DNA of 35,884 nt from Octopus sinensis (lineage: Eukaryota), in contig NW_021829886.1 of NCBI RefSeq assembly GCF_006345805.1, forward strand, positions 1-35,884, written 5' to 3'. Below, piece by piece: positions 1 to 10,730 of this stretch (the first letter of the stretch is position 1; every line of letters starts with the position of its first letter). The notes below the pieces were generated by a model. It saw only the letters and a program-made list of their open reading frames with translations. It was not told the DNA's origin and did not search any database. The translations under genes were made by a program, and so were the position numbers.

Positions 1-54
1 ACACTCACGCACGCACACATGTACATCAATGCTTTCGGAGTGATATGTTAAAAT

Positions 55-532
55 ATTGAGTTTTCTCGAATTTTGTCTTAATTGGTGGTAAAATTGAAAG
101 AAATTTTTTATGGCATCACCCACTGAAGTACTCTGAAAAATCTTAGGTAAACTCTAATTGAAGAAATTGTGTATTTATTTGTTTCTGTTTGCTGTGTTTT
201 TTTATTTTTTGAGTAGTTTTAAATACTTTCACTTTAGTCTTCCTCAAATCACTCTGTCGCTATTGCTTTCATTTTATTTCGTCGCACACTGTGTGTGTGC
301 GTTTGCGTGTGTGTAACCAGACTAAGAAAAGCATTTGACACACACACCCGAATGTGAGTTATCTGTAAATTTGGCTTAATTGGAGTTTAAATGTTAAAAA
401 ACTGGACCTGGCATGACGCGATGCATTGTACTCTTAAAAATGCTAGTAAATTGTAATTGAAGAAATCCTATATTGTAGATTTGTATAACTCCCAAAGGGA
501 GGCAGATAAAATCTGCCTTTTATAATAAGAGA
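55..532 (-). mobile_element. Helitron-like non-autonomous element, 5' terminal region
   Basis: Minus strand reads A|TCTCTTATTATAAAAGGCAG, i.e. a TC start after host A, next to a (TA)n tract. Subterminal hairpins at 489-501 and 501-517. A diverged internal repeat (about 61-175 vs 361-474). The 3' CTRR end is not visible. Confidence 0.45.
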
Positions 533-658
533 TTATATATATATCTATATATATATAATATATAATATATATATATATTATATATATGTATATACACATA
601 TATAATATATTTATATATATTATATTGTATTGTATATATATATATATACATATATATG

Positions 659-692
<34 letters not shown>
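533..692. repeat. (TA)n microsatellite, imperfect
   Basis: Direct inspection. Confidence 0.95.
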
Positions 693-696
<4 letters not shown>

Positions 697-849
697 CAAA
701 ATAACTAGTCGTAAAATCTAAGAAGAGACGAGAGTAGTAACTAGACGAACAAGTAAAGTCAATCGTCACATCAAAGTGACTGTTCCATGTTACTATTAGT
801 TTAACCCCAGGCAGACCTCCCGCCTGCTGGTTATCGGTGCGGCGCTGCA
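693..849 (-). mobile_element. Possible LTR remnant downstream of the Gypsy integrase relic
   Basis: Follows the integrase tail on the minus strand and begins TG after a short AGGG. No second LTR is available for comparison. Confidence 0.25.
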
Positions 850-869
850 CCCTATATATGCAATATATA

Positions 870-1432
870 TTGCTAGCAGGGGGACCGAAAACCTACCATC
901 CTCTAGCAGACAACAGGATCGTGAGACTGACTCCGTTTCGGACTTGTTGGCTCATCTTCAGTCACAAGTACCTAGTCGCCTGAGCGATAGCATCTTCCAG
1001 TAGCTCATTGGTTCCACCGGCTCAATCTTCTTAGTTTTGTGTCGCTGGATTGCCTTGAGTTACACATTCAGTTTGACACACTGCAGTGACCACAGTTGGA
1101 AGTAGTGTCCAAGCATTGTACCCTTGTTCCCGGTTCTGAATCATCTCAGATTACATCCAAATATTCGTTTGAACAGTGCTACTATCTTAGAAATGGGATG
1201 TAGCATTATTGCTCATGCGGACTCCCAATCACCAGTTCTGGCTCTGGGATTGCACTACTCCTGGTCCTGTGTATTCCAAGTGTAATCTGTTTGAGGGCCG
1301 AGAGTGCTGGAAACGTCTCAACATTGAACTGCATATTATTTCATCGGCGCACTTGCATATCGCATTTCGGTTTTTTGGCAGTTCCTGGATGCCATCAACA
1401 TCCTTGATTGCCTGAGAGAGCCACCACAAACA
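870..1432 (-). pseudogene. Degenerate Gypsy/Ty3 (K02A2.6-like) integrase fragment
   Basis: Across stops and frameshifts: WWLSQAIKDV..RPSNRLHLEYTGP..VRMSNNATSH..IVALFKRIFG..EMIQ..AIQRHK..EPM. This follows the order of Gypsy motifs WWP..I..D, PW.RLH.DY.GP, TI..LR.IF, RRH..Q, with part of the core apparently deleted. Confidence 0.7.
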
Positions 1433-1744
1433 GTAGTAGTCCCGATCGATGTGTATATATGTATTTGTATATATTATACTTACAGGTATATACGTATGTG
1501 AATGTATCTGCGGGTATATGTGTTGTTTGTGTGTGTGTGCTTGTGTATATATAACTCTCTCTCTGTCTCTCCCTCTGTGTATAGTGTGTGCGTGTGTTTT
1601 ATATGAATATACACAAGCGTAAAAATTGTTATGTATTTTACGAGAAAATTATTCGTTTTTAGAAATGCATTTTTCCTTCAGTTCGTACATATATATACAC
1701 GTGCCTGAATACACGAACGTGCGATCCCCTCATTCCCAGAGGCA

Positions 1745-2219
1745 CATGTGCATATGTATGTATATGTACATATGTATATATGTACATATGTGTATACAAA
1801 TGTATCAATCTATATATATATATATATATATATACATTCATACACATATTAAAAACTTTGTATATATATATATATGTGCGTGTGTGTATATATATGTATG
1901 TGTGTAATGTCATATAATATATATGCAATTTTATATATATGTATAATGTGTGTGTGTGCGCATGCGTGTATAAGCGTGTTCCCGTTTACAGTGTATGAGA
2001 TTTAATGAAGCGGACCATTTAGCAGTGAACGCTGTCTATTAGTATATTGCCGAGTCTCAGTTCCGCTCCACTGATTCTTCAATAGAACAATGTTTTACTT
2101 CAATCAAATGGAATCGGTAAATTATTTTGAAAATTCTTGTGAAATTTTTATTTCTCGTTTATAGCGATTTAGTGAAAAAAAATTTATGTATACTTCTCTT
2201 TCCTCTCTCTCTTTCTCTC

Positions 2220-2273
<54 letters not shown>

Positions 2274-2421
2274 TATATATAAGTATACATATGTATAGAT
2301 ATAATTATATTTATATATATATATATATAATATATATATGTATTCATTATATCTATATATGTATATGTCAATAAACATGTGAATATATAATCCTTTTGTG
2401 TGTATATATGTAATGTATATG

Positions 2422-2478
<57 letters not shown>

Positions 2479-2520
2479 TATGTATATTTTGGCTCACACA
2501 CACACGCACACACACACACA
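1745..2520. repeat. Compound (TA)/(TG)/(CA)/(CT) microsatellites with short unique spacers
   Basis: Direct inspection. Confidence 0.9.
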
Positions 2521-2546
2521 TATCACATCTTTTGTCTCATGTTCAG

Positions 2547-2578
2547 AGTCCTCCACGAATATTTGATGTTGTTTGAGG
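2547..2578 (+). CDS. Candidate micro-exon (xVLHEYLMLFEG)
   Basis: ttttgtctcatgttcAG acceptor and GTgatt donor; phase-compatible with 2677-2803. Confidence 0.2.
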
Positions 2579-2676
2579 GTGATTTATCCACTATTTCTAG
2601 CTGGTCGAACAACTACATAGAATCTGCTTCATTTCTTTATTGCAGTGTTTGTTTGTTTGTCTTTTTTTTGCCCTAG

Positions 2677-2803
2677 GCCTACGCTTGCGAGTGGACTTAC
2701 AATTAGAACTGTTTCCAACCGTGACGCCCCAGTCATATCCTGTCTTTCTAATATCTAGGATTACAATAAACCCAATGAATCTTACCTCATTTATGATATT
2801 AAA
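2677..2803 (+). CDS. Candidate internal exon (GLRLRVDLQLELFPTVTPQSYPVFLISRITINPMNLTSFMILK), product unknown
   Basis: Strong pyrimidine acceptor (cttttttttgccctAG) and donor aaGTACGT; one frame open throughout; non-repetitive sequence. Confidence 0.35.
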
Positions 2804-2923
2804 GTACGTTTCAAAGGAAGATATGCTGTTATTTCTAGCAACTTAAGAAACCCTTTTAAGGTATTTCTCTTACTGTTGCTGTCTTATTTGCTGCAGTATA
2901 CATCCGATAATTAGTCAGATAAT

Positions 2924-2954
2924 GAAACGTTTCTGAACGAACGTTCATCGTCAG
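2924..2954 (-). ncRNA. Hammerhead ribozyme catalytic core (minimal type I-like), helix I missing
   Basis: CTGACGA-[TGAAC GTTC GTTCA]-GAAAC GTTTC: complete CUGANGA and GAAA boxes around a perfect 5-bp helix II. Confidence 0.5.
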
Positions 2955-3402
2955 TAAAAAACCCAATTCTATTACGATGAAAGTAATGATCAACAAAAGT
3001 ATAACCGTGGCTTATAGTGTAGCCTTGGTTAATTTCGAAATGTGTTTATGGATTGCAAATGCCATAATCGTATATCAGTTACTACCAGCCAAAAGTAGGG
3101 ACATCAAAAACGATGCTAAAGTGTGAGATAGCAACGTGTTAACACGTATAGCCCTTGCGGGAGATGTTGTTGAGGCAATGATCAGGAAAGACTCACAGCT
3201 AAATCCGTAAGTGGATTATCTTCAAGCTAAGCCATATCTCACTTTCATTCTATCTTTAAATTCTTTCTTTCTTCATTCTTTTCATTCCTTCTTCCTTTGA
3301 TTTTTGTTTCTTTTTTCTGCCTCTTTCGAATCCTCTCTCTTATTTATCACTTTCCTTCTCTTCCTCTTTGTCTTTCATTCTTTCTTTCAGAAGCGATCTT
3401 TC

Positions 3403-3578
3403 TATGTATGTATGTATGTATGTATGTATGTATGTATGTATGTATGTATGTATGTATCTATCTATCTATCTATCTATCTATCCATCCATCCATCTATTAT
3501 AAATGTGTGTTCCTACCTGTGAATCTCTAGTACCTGCCTGCCTACCTACCTACCTACCTACCTACCTACCTACCTACC
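3403..3578. repeat. (TATG)n-(TATC)n-(CCTA)n tetranucleotide tracts
   Basis: Direct inspection. Confidence 0.95.
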
Positions 3579-4052
3579 ATATGCATATATTTGCATATAT
3601 ATAGACGTATATATACACATACATACGTGCATGTATACATACACAAAAATTTCCCACTTCATCATTCTTAATGTGTACCTTGAGAGCGTAAAGTGAGGGA
3701 AATTTGACTGCTACTTCTACCACATCGAACATCCTCATATAAACACCGTCCTTCTTCCGTAGTTGTTTGGCCTTAAATCTATCCTGTCACCCCCAAATAT
3801 AATGGAGAGCCTTCCAGCCTGATGATACGCCACCCATTTCTCAAACTGTAATATATCAAGCGTTACATTATCTAACGAGTGTTTTACATTATTTATGATA
3901 CAAATGCTTGCTTAATAAAAGAATTGGCTCTCCTTCTCGCTCACACAACACCCCCGCTCCACCTGTATTATTCTTCGAAACAACCAAATGGAATTATAAA
4001 AGCTTTTGTGTCGTGACACTTTTGCCTTTGTATTTTGTAATACAATTATTAT

Positions 4053-4214
4053 TGGCAGAATCGTTAGCACGCCGAGCAAAATGCTTAGCGGTATTCCGTG
4101 TTTTGCCTTTCATACTATCGGGGTCGATAAGATGAGTGCCAGTTATGCACTGGGGTCGATGACATCGACAAGCCCCACCCTCAAAATTTCAGGCCTTATG
4201 CATATAGTAGAAAA
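4053..4214 (+). mobile_element. SINE family B, internally deleted copy with tail type 1 ending in (ATT)n
   Basis: tggcagaatcgttagcacgccg..ctttcat..ggggtcgataa..ccagtt..ctggggtcgat matches 26670-26907; the tail is cccctcaaaatttcaggccttatgc..tagtagaaa. Confidence 0.8.
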
Positions 4215-4245
<31 letters not shown>

Positions 4246-4808
4246 GAGTGAGAGCGCAATGCATGCCATCAAAGTGACACTGGGGTAAAATATAGGAAGC
4301 CTGGTATACCCAACATGGCTTCACTTCTGATAAGCGTACACCATCCATCATAACATGCATCACAACTATAAGTGCGCGACATGCTGATCTTATATCAAGA
4401 TAAACAGCACATGACCTTGCAGGTGGGACCCAGTTAGTATTTTCTTAAGGTCGAGTAGCACATCCTGCTCAAAAGGTCCCTGAATAAGAGTTGCTTTAGG
4501 CTGTTGAACAAAACATCCATATTTCCAGATGTGAATTATCCAAACCCCAAAGAATCCCTGTCAACACATGGCTATGATGCTCCCCCACTACTTCTGCTCG
4601 TGATCAGAGATGCACATATCGTAAGCCACTAAGGGACATGCTTAACTGGTGAAGGTCAAACAACTGACAAGCTCATCTGTGGTATTGAGCAAAATATTTG
4701 CTGTAGCCCATCTTTTATACCAAGACAAGTCAATGTACATGATAACACTTCCAATCATTTAAGATAAAAAGCCATGAGAGCCACTGCCACGTACTGCATC
4801 AAGGCATT
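4246..4808. mobile_element. About 560-bp non-coding element precisely bounded by (TTA)n on both sides
   Basis: Complex sequence with sharp junctions into TTA tracts at both ends and no ORF over 60 aa. Repeat status is inferred, not shown within the window. Confidence 0.55.
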
Positions 4809-4846
4809 TATTATTATTATTATTATTGTTGTTGTTGTTGTTGTTG

Positions 4847-4908
<62 letters not shown>

Positions 4909-4911
<3 letters not shown>

Positions 4912-5364
4912 TAGTCTTGTTTTTATAGCGTGCTTTCACTTCACTACCGAGCGCAGCTCTGTATGCCTTGGGTATGTGCTGTGATTTGTTGTGATGCTCA
5001 GATGGTTACTGTATTGAAAGTGTTTTGCGTAGGAAGTGTGCAGTGCCCAGTAGTGCAATTTTCTGTATGTTATATGTGTTTGTAAGTCCTGGTATTTTTG
5101 TTATATATTTCTCTGAATATTTTTACATCATACCTAATGCGCCTACTATGATAGGAATTGTTTCTGTTTTTAGATTCCACATTCTGGTTACCTCTATTTC
5201 CAGGTCTTTGTATTTTGAAAGTTTCTCCATTTCTTTTAGAGACACGTTGTCATCTGCCGGTATTGATACATCAATTAGAAAGCATTTTTTTCTTCATGAT
5301 CTCTGACAACTATATCGGGCCTATTGGCCTTAATTTCTCTGTGTGTATTGACATATCCCAGACT
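4909..5364 (-). mobile_element. R4/Dong-clade non-LTR retrotransposon, 5'-truncated copy 1
   Basis: Homologous to 6020-6567; encodes part of the restriction-like endonuclease; flanked by (TAA)n. Confidence 0.85.
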
Positions 5365-5373
5365 ATTATTATA

Positions 5374-5424
<51 letters not shown>

Positions 5425-5467
5425 TATTATTATTATTATTGTTATTGTTATTATTATTATTATTATT

Positions 5468-5916
5468 CAGTAGTTTTATTTTTATAGCGTGCTTTCACTT
5501 CATACCGAGCGCAGCTCTGTGTGCCTTGGGTATGTGCTGTGATTTGTTGTGATGCTCTGATGGTTATTGTATGGAAAGTGTTCTGCGTAGGATGTGTGCA
5601 GTGCCTAGTAGTGCAATTTTCTGTATGTTATATATGTTTGTAAGTCCTGGTGTTTTTGTTATGTATTTGTCTGAATATTTTTTTATCATGCCTAATGCAC
5701 CTACTATGAAGGAATGTTTCTGTTTTCAGATTCCACATTCTAGTTACCTCTATTTCCAGGTCTTTGTATTTTGAGTGTTTCTCCATTTCTTTTAGAGACA
5801 CGTTGTCATCTGCCGGTATTGATACATCATTTAGAAAGCATTTTTTTCTTCATGATCTCTGACAACTATATCGGGCCTATGGCCTTAATTTCTCTGTGTA
5901 TTGACATATCCAGACT
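5468..5916 (-). mobile_element. R4/Dong-clade copy 2 (chimera of copies 3 and 1)
   Basis: Diagnostic bases match copy 3 up to 5830 and copy 1 from 5855; same truncation point as copy 1. Confidence 0.85.
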
Positions 5917-5926
5917 ATTATTATTA

Positions 5927-5974
<48 letters not shown>

Positions 5975-6019
5975 TATTATTATTATTATTATTGTTATTG
6001 TTATATTATTATTATTATT

Positions 6020-6567
6020 CAGTAGTTTTATTTTTATAGCGTGCTTTCACTTCAAACTACCGAGCGCAGCTCTGTGTGCCTTGGTATGTGCTGTGATTTG
6101 TGTGATGCTCTGATGGTTATTGTATGGAAATGTTCTGCGTAGGATGTGTGCAGTGCCTAGTAGTGCAATTTTCCTGTATGTTATATATGTTTGTAAGTCC
6201 TGGTGTTTTTGTTATGTATTTGTCTGAATATTTTTTTATCATGCCTAATGCACCTACTATGAAAGGAATTGTTTCTGTTTTCAGATTCCACATTCTAGTT
6301 ACCTCTATTTCCAGGTCTTTGTATTTTGAGTGTTTCTCCATTTCTTTTAGAGACACGTTGTCATCTGCCGGTATTGATACATCATTTAGAAAGCATTTTT
6401 TTTCTTCATGGTCTCTGACAACTATATCTGGTCTGTTGGCCTTAATTTCTCTATCTGTGTGTATCGGCATATCCCAGAGTATGGTTGCTTTCTCGTTTTC
6501 TGTGACCTTTTCTGGTGTGTGCCTATACCATCTTTTTTCTGTTGTTATTCCATAATGTTGGCATAGC
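6020..6567 (-). mobile_element. R4/Dong-clade copy 3 with restriction-like endonuclease ORF remnant
   Basis: KLCQHYG..WYRHTPEKVTENEKATILWDMPIHTDREIKANRPDIVVRD..DVSIP..KYKDLEIEVTRMW..VGALG contains the RLE PD..D motif and the typical R4/Dong C-terminus; short 3' UTR running into (TAA)n. Confidence 0.9.
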
Positions 6568-6614
<47 letters not shown>

Positions 6615-6616
<2 letters not shown>

Positions 6617-6778
6617 GGCAGCAACTGGCAGAATTTGTCGGTATGTCGTCTGTCTTCACATTCTGAGTTCAAATTTCGCCGACTTTGCTTTTCATCCTTT
6701 CGGAGTCGATAATGTACCAGTGAAATACTGCTATGGACATAATTACTAGGCCTTATGCCTATAGCAGCAAAAAAATTA
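6615..6778 (+). mobile_element. SINE family B, old degenerate copy with tail type 1
   Basis: aaggcagcaactggcagaa..ttctgagttcaaattt..ctttcatcctttcggagtcgataa..aggccttatgcctatag. Confidence 0.7.
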
Positions 6779-6780
6779 CT

Positions 6781-6837
<57 letters not shown>

Positions 6838-6872
6838 ATATACTACTACATATACTACTACATATACTACTA
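6778..6872. repeat. (TAC)n microsatellite
   Basis: Direct inspection. Confidence 0.95.
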
Positions 6873-7458
6873 CAAGTATTATTGCATTTGTGTTTGTTAA
6901 TGTTTTTTCTTCGTTGTTTCGGTTAATTCTTATTATTCAAGTAAATCTGAAAAATACAATAAATAAAGAGAATATCAACAAATAACAGAGTTTCACTTTA
7001 AATGAATTTATTGTTATGATTTGCAATGTTTCTAGAAGGTTCTATCAAATATCTAGGGACAATTCCGTCGTCTAGTTGGATAGTTCATTTGTTTAAGTGC
7101 CAGACCATTAGAAAAAAACACACAGAAAAGAAATAAAATGAAATAAAATAAAAAAAAATGAGGAACCACCATTTTGGATGAAATATAGCGAAAGGATATT
7201 ATTGAGAAATTCTTCCGTTTTCCCCTTTCTTTTACATCCATTCATTGTTCTAAGCCGGTTCATATTTAACTGCTCTCACACACCGCGGTCTCTCAGTTGT
7301 CTCCCTTATGCGCCCTCTCTCTCTCTGTCTGTGTCTCTTATTCTCTCTATTTCTCCCCCATCTCCTTCCCTTTCTACTTTTGTTGAAGGTGTGAAATCAG
7401 CATTCATTTGCATTGAAATTTATGTCTGGGTGTGTATTCGTCTGTGCTTATCAATCAG

Positions 7459-7546
<88 letters not shown>

Positions 7547-7605
7547 GCTACTATCTCATCTATCCATCTATCTATCTATCAACCAATCTATCTATCTATC
7601 TATCT
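7459..7605. repeat. (TCTA)n microsatellite
   Basis: Direct inspection. Confidence 0.95.
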
Positions 7606-7640
7606 TGCTTATTTGCAAAAAAAAAAAAAAAAAAAAAAAA

Positions 7641-7989
7641 GAAATATAAAATGTGACTTCATTGACCGAGGTTACCGTGGTCTTTTCCGTAGGCTTTTCT
7701 TTTCCACGGGTAAACCTCACCTGTCCTCCCCTTTACACTTCATATTGACATTTCTGTGATAACGATCCCTATTGATCAATTTTTTTTTCCTCTCTCCCCC
7801 TTTTTTTTTTTTTTTTTTTTAACCCCCCCCCACCCCTTTTTTTGTCCTCTTTCTTCCTTTTACGATCCCTTTTGATCGAAACTCCCCATTCCTTTTTTTT
7901 TTTTTTTTTTTTTTTTAAACCTTCAAAAGAAAAGCTCTACCTTGTAATTTGTTCTATCTGTGTGCAGCCCTGTGTGGCTAATAAAGAAA
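7641..7989 (+). mobile_element. Probable LINE (L1/Tx1-like) 3' UTR, copy 1
   Basis: Pyrimidine-rich UTR-like sequence ending ccttgtaatttgt..agccctgtgtggctAATAAAgaaa followed by a microsatellite; repeated at 8260-8476. The clade assignment is from recall and not verified. Confidence 0.6.
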
Positions 7990-7992
7990 CAT

Positions 7993-8036
7993 ATCTATCT
8001 ATCTATCTATCTATCCATCTATCTATCTATCAATCA

Positions 8037-8083
<47 letters not shown>

Positions 8084-8088
8084 AATCA

Positions 8089-8123
<35 letters not shown>

Positions 8124-8128
8124 AATCA

Positions 8129-8191
<63 letters not shown>

Positions 8192-8259
8192 CATCTATCT
8201 ATCTATCATCAATCAATCTCTCTATCTATCTATCTTCTATCTATCTACTATCTATCTAT
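7993..8259. repeat. (TCTA)n/(TCAA) microsatellite
   Basis: Direct inspection. Confidence 0.95.
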
Positions 8260-8474
8260 CCTCTCCCCCTTTTTTTTAACCCCCCCCTTTTTTAACCCCC
8301 CTTTTTTTGTCCTCTTTCTCTCCTTTTACGATCCCTTTTGATCGACCCCCCCTTTTTTATTTTATTTTATTTTTTATTTTATTATATTATTATTTTTTTT
8401 TTTTAAACCTCAAAAGAAAAGCTCTACCTTGTAATTTGTTCTATCTGTGTGCAGCCCTGTGTGGCTAATAAAGA

Positions 8475-8476
<2 letters not shown>
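8260..8476 (+). mobile_element. Probable LINE 3' UTR, shorter copy 2
   Basis: Near-identical to 7789-7989 outside homopolymer runs. Confidence 0.6.
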
Positions 8477-8523
<47 letters not shown>

Positions 8524-8924
8524 GTGTGTGTGTGTATGTATGAAGATCACGTTTCGTCTACCTATCTCTCTTTATCTATCTGTCTCTATCTATCTATCTA
8601 TCATTCTATCAGTCTGTCTGTCTGTCTGCCTGTCTATGCATTAATTCGTGTATGCGTGTATGTTGACGAGTATATATATGTAAATGGACATAAAGGATAT
8701 ATGTATGCATGTATTCATGTATAAACACACATAGATGAACATGCGCGCACAAACCCACATACATACAACACACACACATACCGAACACATACACATTACT
8801 GGTTGTCGAACAGTAATAAATAGATATAAAGATATACAGACAGAATAAAGCAAGCAGCCAGGCAACTTGCTTGATAGACAGACAGAAGGACAGACTGACA
8901 GATGGATAGACGAAGAGACATACA

Positions 8925-9023
8925 CAAACACATACATACATACATACATACATACATACATACATACATACATACATACAGACAAACAGACAGACAGACA
9001 GATAGACAGATAGACAGACGGGC

Positions 9024-9058
<35 letters not shown>

Positions 9059-9075
9059 TAGACAGACAGATAGAC

Positions 9076-9143
<68 letters not shown>
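8925..9143. repeat. (TACA)n-(GACA)n-(GATA)n graded tract
   Basis: Direct inspection. Confidence 0.95.
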
Positions 9144-9145
<2 letters not shown>

Positions 9146-9949
9146 ATTGGTAGTCAGATAGTGCAGTATATTAAATTATTCTTCCGTCGACAACTTTGAA
9201 ATTAAAATTCAAAAGTAAAACCTTGGGGATTTTTAATTTAGCTTATTCTGAGTACGTCTGTCTGTCTGTATGTATGTACGAATGAAAGGATAGATAAATG
9301 TGTGTATGTGTATGTATATATATGTGTGCGTATGCATATATGAATGCATGTATGTATGTATGTATGTATATATATATATATATACCCACAACACATAGTA
9401 TATATATACATATATTATATATATATATATATAATATATATATATATATCTATATATATATATATATATATATACATACATACACACATACATATGTATG
9501 TGCCACTGTCTATACGTATACTCTCCTATGTAATATAGACAATTGTAAGTCAAAGTATGATAGAATTTCGTAAACATGTTTGGAATGGTTTTGGTAATAT
9601 AAGATGAAGTCTACCTGGGTTCTTTGCACAAAGGAAAGAGATGAATTGGTTACTGTAGAATCCGTCTTGTATTTTTGTTTCTTACATAAGAGAAATTATT
9701 GCATGTCCTTAATGTATATGGGGCGGGTGTTAAAGGAAGGTAAACAAATACGCAATGGTGATACTGATTAATGCGCAACAGTGAATAGATGCAGCTAATC
9801 ATAGAATACTAATAATGGCTGCAAAACGAAAATTTGATCCACGTCGCAAATAAAACCGATTTGAAAATAATGCGAGGCTGGAAAGAATTAAGAAGAAGAT
9901 TAAGAGAAGTAGATTACGGGTGGATGGGAAATAAACGAAAGGATGTTGC

Positions 9950-10512
9950 AGATGGTGACGTCAACGACGAGACGACGACGATGGTGGTGGTGATGATGAT
10001 GGTGGTGATGGTGATGGTGGTGGTGGTGGTGGGGGGGATGATGGTGGTGGTGGTGGTTGTGGTGGCGGTAGTGGTAGTGATGGTGATGGTGGTGGTGGAG
10101 ATGATGATGATGACGGCGACGATGACTATGGTGATGGTGGTGGTGGTGGTACTGATGATGGTGGTAGATGGTGGTGGTGTTGATGACAAAGACGACGACG
10201 ATGATGAGGATAATGAAGATGATGGTGGTGATGGTGGTTGTGGTGGCAGTGGTGGTGGTGCTACTGCTGCTGATGCTGGTGGCGGTGGAAGTGTGATGAT
10301 GCTCATGATGATGACCATGAGATAATGATGATGGTGATGACGATGAAGATGACGTTATTGATGTTGATGGTAATGAAGATAATGATGACGATGACGATGA
10401 TGAGGCTGATGATGTCTCAGTAATGCTGATAAGGGGGGAGGAATGATGACGATGGCGGTGGAAGGATGAGACTGCTGCTGGTGGTGGTGGTGGCAGTGCT
10501 AGTGTTAGTCGC

Positions 10513-10553
<41 letters not shown>

Positions 10554-10730
10554 CGATGATGATGACGATGATGATGATGATTGTGATGATGATGATGATG
10601 ATGATGATGTTGATGATGATGATGATAGCGACGACGACGACGATGACGATGATGATGATGATGATGATGATGGCAATGACGACGACGACGACGACGATGA
10701 TGGTGATTGTCATGATGTTATGTTAATGAT
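9950..10730. repeat. Compound (GAT)/(GGT)/(GAC) trinucleotide field
   Basis: Direct inspection; source of the poly-S/H/M/V ORFs. Confidence 0.95.

Noticed and set aside
860-873. 14-bp palindromes (860-873 and 3134-3147)
   Set aside because: Expected occasionally in AT-rich 36 kb; no supporting context
3079-3206. Exon-like segment ending in GTAAGT
   Set aside because: Weak acceptor and stops in all frames; one stop in the best frame is expected by chance
9691-9739. 49-bp AG/GT-bounded segment with two open frames
   Set aside because: Too short to distinguish from chance; frame ambiguous
9834-10726. Poly-Ser/His/Met/Val ORFs
   Set aside because: Trinucleotide repeat read-through open on both strands, with no unique domain
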